Origin: Octopus sinensis
Taxonomy: Eukaryota
Length of the DNA stretch: 64,000 nucleotides
NCBI RefSeq assembly: GCF_006345805.1
Contig: NC_043007.1
Span: forward strand, 30,876,001-30,940,000
Direction: 5' to 3'
The notes under the pieces are model-generated. The model was not told where the DNA came from. It saw nothing but the letters and a program-made list of their open reading frames with translations, and made no database searches. Position 1 is the stretch's first letter, and each line of letters begins with the position of its first letter. Positions 21,930 through 33,962 of the stretch are shown here, piece after piece. The position numbers and the translations under genes are program-made.

Positions 21930-22345
21930 CTCTACTGAGTCAACAAGGCAGCCTCTATTGAGTCAACAGGGGAGTCTCTACTGAGTCAATAGAGGAGTCT
22001 CTACTGAGTCAACAAGGCAGCCTCTATTGAGTCAACAGGGGAGTCTCTACTGAGTCAATAGAGGAGTCTCTACTGAGTCAATAAGGCAGCCTCTATTGAG
22101 TCAACAGGGGAGTCTTTACTGAGTCAATAGAGGAGTCTCTACTGAGTCAATAAGGCAGCCTCTATTGAGTCAACAGGGGAGTCAATAGAGGAGTCTCTAC
22201 TGAGTCAACAAGGCAGCCTCTATTGAGTCAACAGGGGAGTCTTTACTGAGTCAATAGAGGAGTCTCTACTGAGTCAATAAGGCAGCCCTATTGAGTCAAC
22301 AGGGGAGTCTCTACTGAGTCAATAGAGGAGTCTCTACTGAGCAAT
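21930..22345. repeat. Higher-order minisatellite: three 23-bp monomers form a 69-bp unit, about 6 units
   Basis: A ctctactgagtcaa(c/t)aaggcagc, B ctctattgagtcaacaggggagt, C ctctactgagtcaatagaggagt in strict ABC order. Confidence 0.97.
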
Positions 22346-22369
22346 ACCAAGGTGGTTTTTAAGATATCA

Positions 22370-22900
22370 ATCCTGCTGTGGTGAATGGGTCTTTTTGAGT
22401 ACAGCAAGGCACCAGACATCTCAACCCTTTGTCATCTCCTTTCTAAGGCTCAGTGCCTTGCCATCAGCATTCAGTACTTTATCCCAAGTCTTTCTGGGTC
22501 TCCCTCTTCCACAAGTTCCTTCCATTTTAGGCAACTGTTTACATCCATACACCTCACATCACCAAACCAGTCTTCTTTCTTGCACACTTTTTTCTCACAG
22601 TGCACATCCAGGGGAGCCTACTAACTTTGCTCCTCTCAAGTCTTCACATGTCCTCCACATTCAGGGCCCATGTCTCACTACCATGTAGCATTGTTGTTTG
22701 TGCACATGCATCATACAATCTTCCTTTCACTCAGAGAGAGAAACCTTTGGTTGCCAACAGAGGTGGAATCTCCCTCAACTGTCTCCATCCCATTCCCATC
22801 CTAACAATTACACTTTTGGTACTTCCTCCTCCACTGCAAATTATGTCACCTAGGTAACAGAAATCATCTACAACCTCAACCTAGAGAGCCTCCAGGGCAT
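22370..22900 (-). mobile_element. RTE LINE 3' ORF fragment
   Basis: VEVVDDFCYLGDIICSGGG..GWRQLREI.PLLATKGFSLRVKGRLYDAC..MLHGSETW. Confidence 0.8.
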
Positions 22901-24355
22901 TTTGAGAACTTCAATTTCCCATGTATAATCTTCATTATCAACACTAACAAGAATACCTAAGTTACCTACATTATCAACATTATCTACATCGTCAATGTTA
23001 TAAACCTACATTATCCACATGAACTACACTATTGACTCTTATCTACATCAGGGGTTCTCAAACAGTTTTTATCTATAGACCCCTTTGGTTACTATTTTAT
23101 TCTGGTGGACCCCTCATAGTCATTGTACTTATTCTATTAATATTTTTTGCCGAACCGCTAAGTACGGTCCCGATTGGAATTTTTTTTTTATCATAGGCCA
23201 GCTCAAGCTTCTAGAAACAGTAGCAAAATCTCCTCCAAATTCATACCCTGCTGTCGTTAAAGAGGGAAACTGATATTGAATAATGTAGAACCCTTTAAAA
23301 AGGCAGAATAGACTCAGGTCAGTTCAATCAGGATGGCTATTACGACACTTTTCTGATCCATTCAAATATTTTATAGCTTCCTGGTACAACGAAATCAAAT
23401 ACCTGTTTCTTTATTACCCACAAGGAGCTAAACATAGAGGGGACAAATGGATTAAGTCGATTACATCGACCCCAGTGCGTAACTGGTACTTAATTAAATC
23501 AAATACCAAACCAGCTCACGTAAACGACGAGAGCAGGACAAAAGGCCCTTAGGACAAACTCACCAAATGCGAAAGTGGACAAAGCTCCCTTGGTTACATT
23601 TGTGTTATGTGACATATACGCCACTTTATTTAAGAAATACACGAAACAACGTGGGTGTCCAGACTAGGTCAGTCAGTCTTTCAAAAATAGCAGCCAAATC
23701 ATTCTCAAATTACGTTCTGATATTTTTTCAAGATATTAAAAAATGACATAATGTTGCTAAGAGTAGGAGTACGTACACCGTGCCTGGAAACAGTCTGGAT
23801 GGTCGTGATTGGAATGCCTTCGTAGAAGAGGACCTTCCTAGGGTTAAACAACAACATGCACACAAAAGGAAGAACGAGTTATCGATTTGTATGTACTTCC
23901 TTAAAATTTAGGGTCTCCGGTTAACGAGGAAGCCTCTATGTAAGGTAGTTGGTCGACTTGCTAGAAATAGCAGTCTAATCTCTTTTAAATTACACCTTAT
24001 CGACTGAGGAAAAAAAAAACATTAGATAAAATATATTACTGGGTGACCACGATTGGAATGCCGGCGAGGAAAAACTTTATTTTACTTTTTTTTTTCAGTA
24101 TTACTATATTTTATTCAACAATTGCGATTCTGAAGAATTATTATTTCATTTTTACCCGTACCTCGTTCCCTTCGTAGAATTCTAACTTTGAGCGGCATTT
24201 AATCCAAAACTCCACAGGAATTCCTTTGATAAGGATTGCTTCGAACGAACCCTCATCCCTTACTCTACTAAGCCTCATTCATTTAAACTTCTGGACACAT
24301 TGGACACGATTAAATATGACCCTTCAAGAAGGAAGCCTAGAATATTAGTATAGTC

Positions 24356-24535
24356 CAGTGGTTTTCAACCAGGGTTCTGCAAGAAGTTACAAAACTGCTA
24401 AAACCGGCAGTAATTTTTAATTCTGTGCAGATATGTGTGCATAAGACTATTAAATTATTGCACAGGGGTTCCTCGAGCCAGTGGAATGTTTCCTTGGGGT
24501 TCCGCTCGCTCCAGCAAAAAGTTTGAAAAGCACTG
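24356..24535. mobile_element. hAT-type MITE
   Basis: TIRs CAGTGGTTTTCAA / TTGAAAAGCACTG; 8-bp flanks gtatagtc and atattgtc (6/8 match). Confidence 0.7.
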
Positions 24536-25109
24536 ATATTGTCTAATACATTCTTAGAATATAGCTGAGATGGAAAAAGAAATTATAATTTAGGTTTTAC
24601 AGGAAGGAAAGAAGCATAAAGAATAAAAGTATTGAAGATTGAATTATCGAGACGAAGAAGAACAAAAATCGTCATTTATTTTTTTAATGTTTTTTATTTA
24701 GTCGTCCACATATAATTAAGATATAATTAATTAAAATATAAAAATAAAAACTTTAAAAGAAGCGTCGAAGTAAAACTTCTTCGTAAGGCGCCAAAATTGA
24801 ACATTTTATATATGCAGTTGTTATTTAACCCCGGGTCAGTCCTGATTGAGCAGACTTATGAGCAAAGACATTACAAAGCGTTCCGACCGAGACCAACCCG
24901 TGTTGATGGTTTTTAAGGATATGCAGGACTACATTAATCAACAAGTACATGCTTTTAATTTAGACGATGAGGTGTAAGAAGAGGAAGATTTAGCTGTTGT
25001 TAGCAGCATGTCGGACGACCACGTAGTGTCTCCCTCGTTGGTTTATATAACCACAGTTTGTAGCCCAAGTTGTTAGTCTCGTACACACCAAGGTAGCTGC
25101 AGTGTCAAG

Positions 25110-25142
25110 CGCCAATTATTATAAATTAATAAAAGCCACGTG
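25110..25142 (+). promoter_or_regulatory. Candidate PPAT promoter motifs: CCAAT, TATA-like TATAAA and canonical E-box CACGTG (25137-25142)
   Basis: gcgCCAATtatTATAAAttaataaaagcCACGTGcg, ~170-200 bp upstream of the ATG; motif match only. Confidence 0.4.
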
Positions 25143-25307
25143 CGTTTCCGTTGTCATCCCTGTCTGGCCTTATTTATTTCTTTAAACGTCCCATTTGAAC
25201 TCCTTTCCACAGCAGTAAGCCACAGTGAGTGCTTGAGGAGTGCCCGCTATTACTGTAATAGGTACAGGTTACGAGGAGCTGGGTCGAAGGAGGTGACTCG
25301 AACCGAA

Positions 25308-25474
25308 ATGTGTACGAATGAGGAATTCTTTATACCTGATGACGAAAGTGGACTGGAAGAAGCCTGTGGGGTCTTTGGTTGCGTTGCCAGTGGGGAATGG
25401 CCTCAACCACCGAAAACAACCGATTTGGATGTCCCCCACATTATTTGCCTGGGTCTGGTCGGTCTACAACATCG
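25308..25474 (+). CDS. PPAT: PPAT (amidophosphoribosyltransferase) exon 1
   Basis: [49 protein letters not shown]; catalytic Ntn Cys codon at 25365; gtaaat donor, phase 2. Confidence 0.93.
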
Positions 25475-25533
25475 GTAAATATAGCATTTTCTCAATATTT
25501 TTTTCTCCATCAAAAGTTGACATACACACACAC

Positions 25534-25598
<65 letters not shown>

Positions 25599-25756
25599 TA
25601 TATTATATTATATATATATATAAACTGTGTAAAGTTTGTATAGTTTAAGGGTAGTTACATTACATATAGGGTTCTAACTATGGTGTCTAATTTCACGCCG
25701 TGACTATAGTTACATATTATTTATAACCCACGTTGTACAGGGATTAGGTGTGTGTG

Positions 25757-25815
<59 letters not shown>

Positions 25816-25851
25816 ACATTTAAGAGTGTGCTTCTTCACCTCCGGATTTGT

Positions 25852-25891
<40 letters not shown>

Positions 25892-27297
25892 CGTTTGTAT
25901 ATGTTGATTATAATTCTGAAAAGTTCGATATGTTCGTTTCTATTCTCCGATTTACTAAATTTATATAACAACAACCTGGTATAATATTAGCAAAAACTTT
26001 TTAATATATTGATTTTACCTTTGTTCAGATTTTACTTATATTTATATCGCAATTCTCCGAGTCTCCTTCCATGAGGGTGGGGAGGCACGTTAGGAATATT
26101 TACTGCATTTTTGACTTTGAGAAAAAATAGTTTTGTTTTACAAATGTTCTTTTTGTTACCATATCAGCTAAGCAAATTACCGTCTCTAAATTAATTTTTA
26201 AAAACCCATTACATATTCAGAACATTATTTCAGAAAACTATCTCCGTTCTCTGGAGCATATAAAAGACAAATTTAGGTGGGGCAAAATGAGTAAGACACA
26301 ATAAGGTAAACTTGCTTCTTCAGTTCTCCAGAATTCCTCGTTAATATCGATCCCTAGACACTAGAAAGATCGGAAATGCCATAAAAATTCTAAATATCTA
26401 GACCAAATGAAAGAATATCATTGAAAAATGGGGTCAGTATAAAGACCTTCACCAGGGAACAAAAAAAAAATAATAAACCAGCCTGGTGGCTACAAACAAG
26501 TGTGGGGAAAACGAATATGAAAAAAAATGCGCGCTGACAACCCTGGGGGGTGGAGAGGAGACTTTCGGGAAATTCACAAGATCCGATTTTTCTGTCATAA
26601 ATTCGGGTAATATATTGATTTATTTTACGGAATCCCACGTTTTTGGTTATGGTGGATCCGATTCTGGAAAAAAACTGTTTAGATCAGACATGGACAACCT
26701 TTTAATAGAAGCAGGCCTCATAAAACCAAGCTCATCATCAGGTAGGCTGCATTACTTTAAAAATTCGAGGTGATTCTTTTTTGTTAGTTGTGCCATTGAG
26801 AATGTCCCATGACTGGCGTGGAGAATAATTAACTCAAAGCAATGGTTGTGGTTTTCTTCATCATCATCGTCCGTTTTCATGCTAGCATGGGTTGGACGGT
26901 TCAACCGGGGTCTGGGAGACCAGGGAGGCTGCACCAGGCTCCAGTCTGATCTGGCAGTGTTTCTACAGCTGGATGCCCTTCCTAACGCCAACCACTCCGT
27001 GAGTGTAGTGGGTGCTTTTTACATGCAACCAGCACAGGTGCCAGGCTCGGCTAGCAACGGCCACGATCGGTTGGTGCTTTTTACATGCCACCAGCACGGG
27101 AGGCAGTCGAGGTGGCGCTGGCATCGGCCATGTTCGGATGGTACTTTTTACGTGCCACCGGCACAGGTATCACAACTACAATTTCCATTTGATATTTATT
27201 TTGATGTTGATGTACTTGACTCAATAGGTCTCCTCACCTTAATGAAAAGAAAGAGAAGCTTCCATGAGATGTCTGATAAAAAATTGTTTTCTTCTAG

Positions 27298-27431
27298 GGG
27301 CCAAGAGAGTGCAGGGATTGTAACGAGCACTGGAAATGAAATACATTTCACTCAAAAGAAAGGAATGGGCCTTGTCAGTCATATCTTCCGAGAGGAAGAA
27401 ATTTCACAACTCCGTGGAAATCTTGGAATCG
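27298..27431 (+). CDS. PPAT: PPAT exon 2
   Basis: ttctag / gtaagt; RGQESAGIVTS..KGMGLVSHIF..NLGIG. Confidence 0.96.
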
Positions 27432-29664
27432 GTAAGTTCTCGTTTAATATTTTAAATATACCCAACATCATTCTATCACACACACTATTGTATATATAGG
27501 AGTGGCTGTGTGGTAAGTAGCTTGCTTATTGACCACACTTTTCCGGGTTCAGTCCCACTGCGTGGCATCTTGGGCAAGTGTCTTCTACTATAGCCTCGGG
27601 CCGACCAAAGCCTTGTGAGTGAATTTGGTAGACGGAAACTGAAAGAATTCCATCATATATATGTGTGTGTCTGTGTTTGTGTCCCCTGTAACTTAGCGGT
27701 TCAGCAAAAGGGATCGATAGAATAAGTACTAGGCTTACAAAAAATAAGTCCTGGGGTCAGTTTGCTCAACTAAAGGTGGTCCTCCAGCATGGCTGCAGTC
27801 AAATGACTGAAAACAAGTAAAAGAGTATATATATATATATATCAATCCTGTCAGTTCTTCAACATATGTAGGTTGATATTTTTTACCTTTTTAAAACCAA
27901 GCGTCCTGGAACTACCTTTTGCCCCCAGGCTACAAGCATCTCGATTTAAAGTGATCTCAAAACCTTTCATCAAAATTTAATGTTCTGGTAAGTCCCAACA
28001 CCAGCTTGGCCCTTTGACATTCAGATTACTCTGTCAAATATAAAGGAGGGGCAGATCGGACTGAGGGGCACGTGACCCCTCAAGAAAAGAAGTGCACTCT
28101 TCTAAATAATGTTATTAGACCCTTTTTTCCTGGAATTGTATTCCTTTCTGAGCTTGTGCCCTCTCTTTGAAAAATTCCTGGACCAGCCCTTTAAAGCATA
28201 TTTATTCACCTTGTTTTGAATTAATCATGCATTGTTTCATAGGATCAAGATTTCAATGATTGTTTTTAGAATGACATTGTAGGGTAGGTGTGAGGGGCTG
28301 GATCTGGTCAGTTTGAGCATAACACAGGTAGAATATCTGGGCCAAATATTTTCACAATTGAATGGAAGAAAGGCAACAGATTTCAGTATAAATCTGGCAA
28401 TAAAAGGGATAATCCCCCTTGTCACTTGCCTTACTTCAGCTTTATCGTTCATGTAGATTGGCAATAACACATCCAACATGTAGATTAGCAATAACATGTA
28501 TAATCATGTAGATTAGCTATAACACATCTCTCTCTGTCTCTCTCTCTCTCTCTCTCTTTTTCCTTCATGGATCTCTTTCATTGAATTTACATATTTTACT
28601 ACCATGTAGCATCTCACTGCTTCCATGTTCTATACAGTAGAGATGATCTCATCAATAACTACCTGCCCACTCACTCACTTCATGCATATTCCGCCTATCA
28701 TTAATGTGGATTAACATTAGCACATCCAAAAGATGTTTTCCCGCATTGCACAACCATGTGGCACTCTTTTAGCACATGTAAGTTAGTATCATTCATATCC
28801 ATCCATCTTTATTCTCCACACATCTGTTGCTGTCTTTAATTCCTAACCTCCATAAAGCCTTCCTTACCACATTTCTCACTACCATGCGGGCCCCACTTCA
28901 ATTAATGTTGGTCATGCATCAACCAGGATAAGATTTAAGACTTGTCCATGCATGCAAATTGCTCCTTTGTACATCATCAATGTTTATCCGCGAGAAAGAC
29001 CACCAAACATGGGCTGATGCAGCTTGGCACCAGTGTCTTTGTAGACATTGCTGTTGGAACACATACCTCTTGGCATCATCTCTCTCAACCCTCAAAAAGT
29101 TCCACCAATGCATCACCCTGAATTGGTTCTTTTTTACTGATGCTGAAAGGATAAATGGTAAAGTTGACCATCACAGGATTTGATCTCTGAGTGAAGAGAA
29201 TTGGGAGAAATACTGCAAGCATTATATCTGACACTTTAAGAATTTTGCCATTTTGCTACCATCTTTATCATTTAGAATCCTTCTAGCCCTTATCACATTT
29301 TCTCTTGATGCCAGCACCACCTTGACTGGCTTCTGTGCCGGTAGCACGTAAAAAGCACCCACTACACTTTCGGAGTTGTTGGCGTTAGGAAGGGCATCCA
29401 GCTGTAGAAACTTTACCAGATCAGTCTGGAGCCTGGGGCAGCCTCCTGGCTTCTCAGACCCTAGTCGAACCGTCCAACCCATGCTAGCACGGAAAACAGA
29501 CGTTAAACGATGATGATGATGATGATGTCCAGCTCTTTCCTGCACCATACCTCACTATTATCTACTATCATCACTGTACAATATATTGTAAAATCTGTAG
29601 TTTGTATTTTAAAAATAACCACTGTTGCCCCAGCCAAATCTCTACGATTGTGTTTCTTCCGCAG

Positions 29665-29798
29665 GCCACACACGTTATTCCACGGCTGGATCTTCTAACA
29701 TCATCAATTGCCAACCGTTTGTGGTTGACACATTACACGGAAAGATTGGTGTGGCGCACAACGGCGAATTGGTTAATGCCAAGTCTCTGAGAAAGAAG
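29665..29798 (+). CDS. PPAT: PPAT exon 3
   Basis: ccgcag / gtaagt; [39 protein letters not shown]. Confidence 0.97.
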
Positions 29799-30039
29799 GT
29801 AAGTCACTTAGCAGTTCAACAGATAGGCACAAATTTAAGACCTGTAAATAAATAATCTTGTATAGGTGCAGTCATGGCTGTGTGGTAAGAAATTTGCTTC
29901 CCAACTGCATGGTTCCAGGTTCAGTCCTGTTGCATGACACCTTGGGCAATTGTTTTCTACTATAGCTTCAGACTGACCAAAGACTTGTAAGTGGATACAA
30001 GCAAAAGAGAGCCTGTCGTATATATACACACACACACAT

Positions 30040-30660
30040 ATGATCAATGCCAGGACTGCCTGACTGGCCCCCGTGCTGGTGGCACGTAAAAAGCACCATC
30101 CAAACGTGGCTGATGCCAGTACCCCTTGACTGACTCCCATGCTGGTGACATGTAAAAGGCATCATCTGAACATGGCCGATGCCAGTACCACCTGACTGGC
30201 CCTCCCGTACTGGTGGCACGTAAAAAGCACTATCCAAACGTGATCGATGCCAGATCCGCCCGACTGGCTCCTGTGCCAGTGGCATATAACAAGCACTCAC
30301 TGCACTCTCATAGTGGTTGGCATTAGGAAGGGCATCCAGCTGTAGAAACATTGCCAGATCAGATTGGGTCCTGGTGCAACCTCCTGGCTCTCCAGACCTC
30401 AATCAAACCATGCAACCCATGCCTGCATGGAAAACGGACGTTAAACCATGATGATGATGATGACACACATACATAGCTATACACACACATACATGCACAT
30501 ATATGTGTGTATGTATCATCCTCATCATTTAATGTCTGTTTTCCAAGCTGGTATGGGTTGGATGGCTTAACAAGTGCTGCACCAGGTTCCATTGTCTGGT
30601 TTTTTGCATGGTTTCTACAGTTGGATGCCTTTCCTAATGCCAACCACTTTTTACAGCATT
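30040..30660. mobile_element. RTE 3'-UTR copy with four ~65-bp internal tandem units (plus), followed tail-to-tail by a minus copy
   Basis: Unit ..gatgccag..tgactggc..ggtggcacgtaaaaagcacc x4, then ggaagggcatccagctgtagaaac..ggacgttaaac(gat)n; inverted copy at 30512-30660. Confidence 0.8.
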
Positions 30661-31105
30661 TGCTGGCTGCTTTTCACACAGTACCATCTCCAGGGCTTTT
30701 GAATGTGGCAGGGTTGGCAACAGTAGTGGTGAAGTTAACCAATCTATGTTGGTATTACTGGTGGTATGCATTGTAGTGGTCATCAATGGTAAAGTGCCGA
30801 CAGGTAACAGCAACACTTTGTAGTTGTGATGACGTTGGTTGTGGTAGCAGCAAAGTTTAGGACAATTGGTCATTTGTGGAAGCCACTGGGAAAGGATGCA
30901 ATGGATGGACAATACCAAGAGAGCTCTTAGACAAGAGGGACAAGGAATGTGGAGAACTCTCGCTTAATCGGGAAGATTTTCGTTGCAGTGTTATTGATGC
31001 TCTGCAAGTGTATGATATGCAATGACACTGATGGCAACTGGACAAAAGTGGGCACCGTTAATTGAAAAGTTAACTTTGGTAACCGTGAATCAGTTAATTC
31101 TTTAA

Positions 31106-31328
31106 CCCTTTCATTAACAAACCCGGCTGAAACCACCTCTGGCTCTGTAGTATAAATGCCTTGTTTTCTTAAGCGCTGAATTAAAATCTTCCACCAAACT
31201 TTAGTCGCAGTTTATGTTCCTAACACTTGCTTAATGATAACTAAGTTATTTTACTAAATTCTTTGTTATATTTAAAATTAATTGAAAGAAACACAGAGGA
31301 TCTCAAAATAAATACAGTAACAAAAGGG
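31106..31328. mobile_element. piggyBac-type MITE (TTAA TSD) nested in a GTTAAC-rich element bounded by gggcacc..ggtgccc (31050-31590)
   Basis: TTAA|CCCTTT..AAAGGG|TTAA; reverse-orientation copy at 37206-37428; related element at 43169-43379. Confidence 0.8.
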
Positions 31329-31800
31329 TTAAAAATGTAACGGAAGTTATCAATAATCTATTAACATTAATTTTTATTCAAAAAGTCAGTTTTTGTTCTA
31401 AAAACACCTTTAAAAAGTGCCAAAACTATAAAATCCGTTAACTTAAATTGAATTGAAGTTAACTTCTATTAACTCAAGTTGACTTGAATTAATGGAAGTT
31501 AATTAGTCTGATAATGATTTCCAAAGTTAAATCGTTAACAAAAATATTAACTTCATTAATTAACGATTAACAGATTAATGGTTTGGTGCCCAGGTTTGCG
31601 ACTGGCCCAACTCCAATCAATCGTTAATCTTCTAGTGATGCCAGGGAATCAAGAAGTATTCTTGGATACAAGAGTTTCCAATATTAATTTCTGACATAAT
31701 TTTTGCATTGAGATATTCTACAAACATTGAAGATTTTACCTACAAATGTTCTACAAACAAAACTTTTGCATTTGTAAAACCCCGTTTGAATATTTTGCAG

Positions 31801-31913
31801 TTACTTAGGCATGGAGTGGGTCTTTCTACCAGCACCGACAGTGAACTAATAACACAAGTTCTTACACACACACCACAGGAGGGAGAACCAAATGGATGTA
31901 ACTGGATCACAAG
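31801..31913 (+). CDS. PPAT: PPAT exon 4
   Basis: ttgcag / gtacaa; LLRHGVGLSTSTDSELITQVL..NWITR. Confidence 0.96.
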
Positions 31914-32149
31914 GTACAATTTATACTTACCATCATCATCATCATCACCACCACTATCACCATCATCATTATCATCAATGTTGTCATCATTCATATACAT
32001 GACATGTACCATCCCTTGGTACCTATGTAAAGAAAAGACAAAAGGTTACATAAAGTGTAGTGGGTGCTTTTTACCTGCCACCGGCACGAGGGCCAGTTTG
32101 CTGGTATCCCTTAATGAGGGATTTAACCTTTTATTGAACTTCCATATAT

Positions 32150-32620
32150 ATCATCATCATCATCGTTTAGCATCCATTTTCCATGCCTGCGTGAGTTGGA
32201 CGGTTCATCTGGGGTCTGGGAAGCCAGGAGGCTGCACCAGGCTCAATCTGTTCAGGCAGTGTTTCTACAGCTGGATGCCCTTCCTAACGCTAACCACTCC
32301 GAGTGTGTAGTGGGTGCTTTTGCGTGCCACTGGCACAGGAGCCAATCAGCGGCCCTGGCAACAATCACACTCAGATGGTGTTGAGTGTCAATCAGGCAGT
32401 ACTGTCATCGACCACGTCAGCAATTTTGATTTCACTTGCCTCAACAGGTCTTCACAAGCAAAGTTTATTGTCCAATGAATGAAGGGAACTCATAAGTGGG
32501 CTGGTTATATACCACTGGTATAGGCCACGGGTTATGGTCTCACTTGGTTTGTCTGTTCTTCTCAAGCACAGTATATCTCCAAAGGTCTTGGTCACTAGTC
32601 ATTGCCTAGGTAAGGCCAGT
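32150..32620 (-). mobile_element. 5'-truncated RTE copy containing the ORF end plus 3' UTR and (GAT)n tail
   Basis: Minus strand GLT*AMTSDQDLWRYTVLEKNRQTK*, then the same 3' module found as many short copies. Confidence 0.75.
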
Positions 32621-32948
32621 GGCTTCTTTCAGTTTCTGTCTACCAAATCCACTCACAAGGCTTTGGTCGGTCCAAGGCTATCGTAGAAGACACTTGTCCA
32701 AGGTGCCACACAGTGGGACTGAACCCAGAACCATGTGGTTGCAAAGCAAGCTTCTTACCACACAGCCACACTGTTACTAATTGGTGCATTTGAAACGTGT
32801 GTTGGTCTGTGTAAAGCTGTATATAATTAAAGGTAATGTTATGCCACTTCATAGTTACCCTTATTATTAACATTGTTGATGTGTGTGTGTTTGTTGTTGT
32901 TGTAATCATTATAATTATAAATAAACGACTGCCTCGTATATTCTCAAG

Positions 32949-33085
32949 GATAAAGAATCTCATGAAAATCACCAGCATATCGTATTCTCTGCTAATCATG
33001 CATAAATCAAAGATCTATGCTGTCCGAGATCCATTTGGGAACCGTCCACTTTGTATTGGTCAGCTGCAATCAATCAACACCACAG
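32949..33085 (+). CDS. PPAT: PPAT exon 5
   Basis: ctcaag / gtaagt; [31 protein letters not shown]. Confidence 0.96.
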
Positions 33086-33863
33086 GTAAGTCACAATATG
33101 GCCCAGTGTGCCATTTCGTTTTTTGTTGTGTTTGTCTTTTTATCAATGCTAAAAGATTGATGGTAAAACACTATTTTGGCAAGATTTAAACTCAAAAATT
33201 AAGCAGCAGCACTGCTTTATCTGACATTCCACCACTCTTAGAATATCTTTGGTGTCTGTATATTCCATGAGACCAAGAATCTGCACCAAAAAGTCTCACT
33301 TCGGTGTTTGTGAGTAGAATGGAAGGAAGTGACATTGAAGAGTGGAGGCTTGAGTAAAGTTGTATGAAAGACCAGGAATAACTCCTTCAGCAAGTCTCTC
33401 CTCTCCACACCACCAATGCTGTCCAAAGGAACAGTGGAGTCTGATAAAGCTCAACACCATTGCTGTTGCAGAAGTTGCCAGAACAAAGTCAAAGGCAAGA
33501 TCAGACTCAGGAATTCTTAGCTCCTGGTTTGTAATGGATTGCAATGGTAACTTTATTTTTTAATGGATCCTCGAAGGTTGAAAGGTGGAGTTGACTTAGG
33601 CAGAATTTGAACTCAGAATGTATAGACTCTGCTGGTTCACCACCTTGATGATGATGATGAAGTATATATAATAATAATAATTGTGGGTTTTTTTTTTTAC
33701 TGACCACTTTCCATGCTGGCATGGGTTGGACGGTTTGACTGAGGACTGGTGAGCCAGAAGGCTGCACCAGGCTCCAATCTTGATCTCAAGTTTATAAATC
33801 TGAAGTTAGTTTTAAATCAATATTCTTTGACTTTTTTATGTTTTTTGTTTTTATAATCGTTAG

Positions 33864-33962
33864 ATGAAGAAGTTTATAAACAGATTGATGGTTGGCTGGT
33901 TTCTTCAGAATCCTGTTCATTCCAAGCTGTTGGTGCCAAATATATCCGAGAAGTTTTACCAG
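33864..33962 (+). CDS. PPAT: PPAT exon 6
   Basis: cgttag / gtaagt; [34 protein letters not shown]. Confidence 0.96.

Noticed and set aside
21930-22345. CRISPR-like appearance of the 23-bp array
   Set aside because: No unique spacers (the variable parts recur in ABC order), no cas genes, and a eukaryotic intron-rich context
19761-25307. PAICS exons expected head-to-head with PPAT
   Set aside because: No SAICAR synthetase or AIR carboxylase motifs recognised; the divergent gene is CINP
25308-25313. Met-Cys start suggesting an E. coli-type PurF without propeptide
   Set aside because: The conserved CGVFG motif places the catalytic Cys at codon 20; the initial MC appears coincidental
25336-25347. 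CTGATGA-C-GAAA in PPAT exon 1 as a hammerhead core
   Set aside because: No room for stem II, no stem I or III, and it encodes PDDES
26230-26760. Non-repetitive-looking block with short ORFs in PPAT intron 1
   Set aside because: No recognisable protein motif, splice-consistent exon or TIR pair; possibly an unclassified TE fragment
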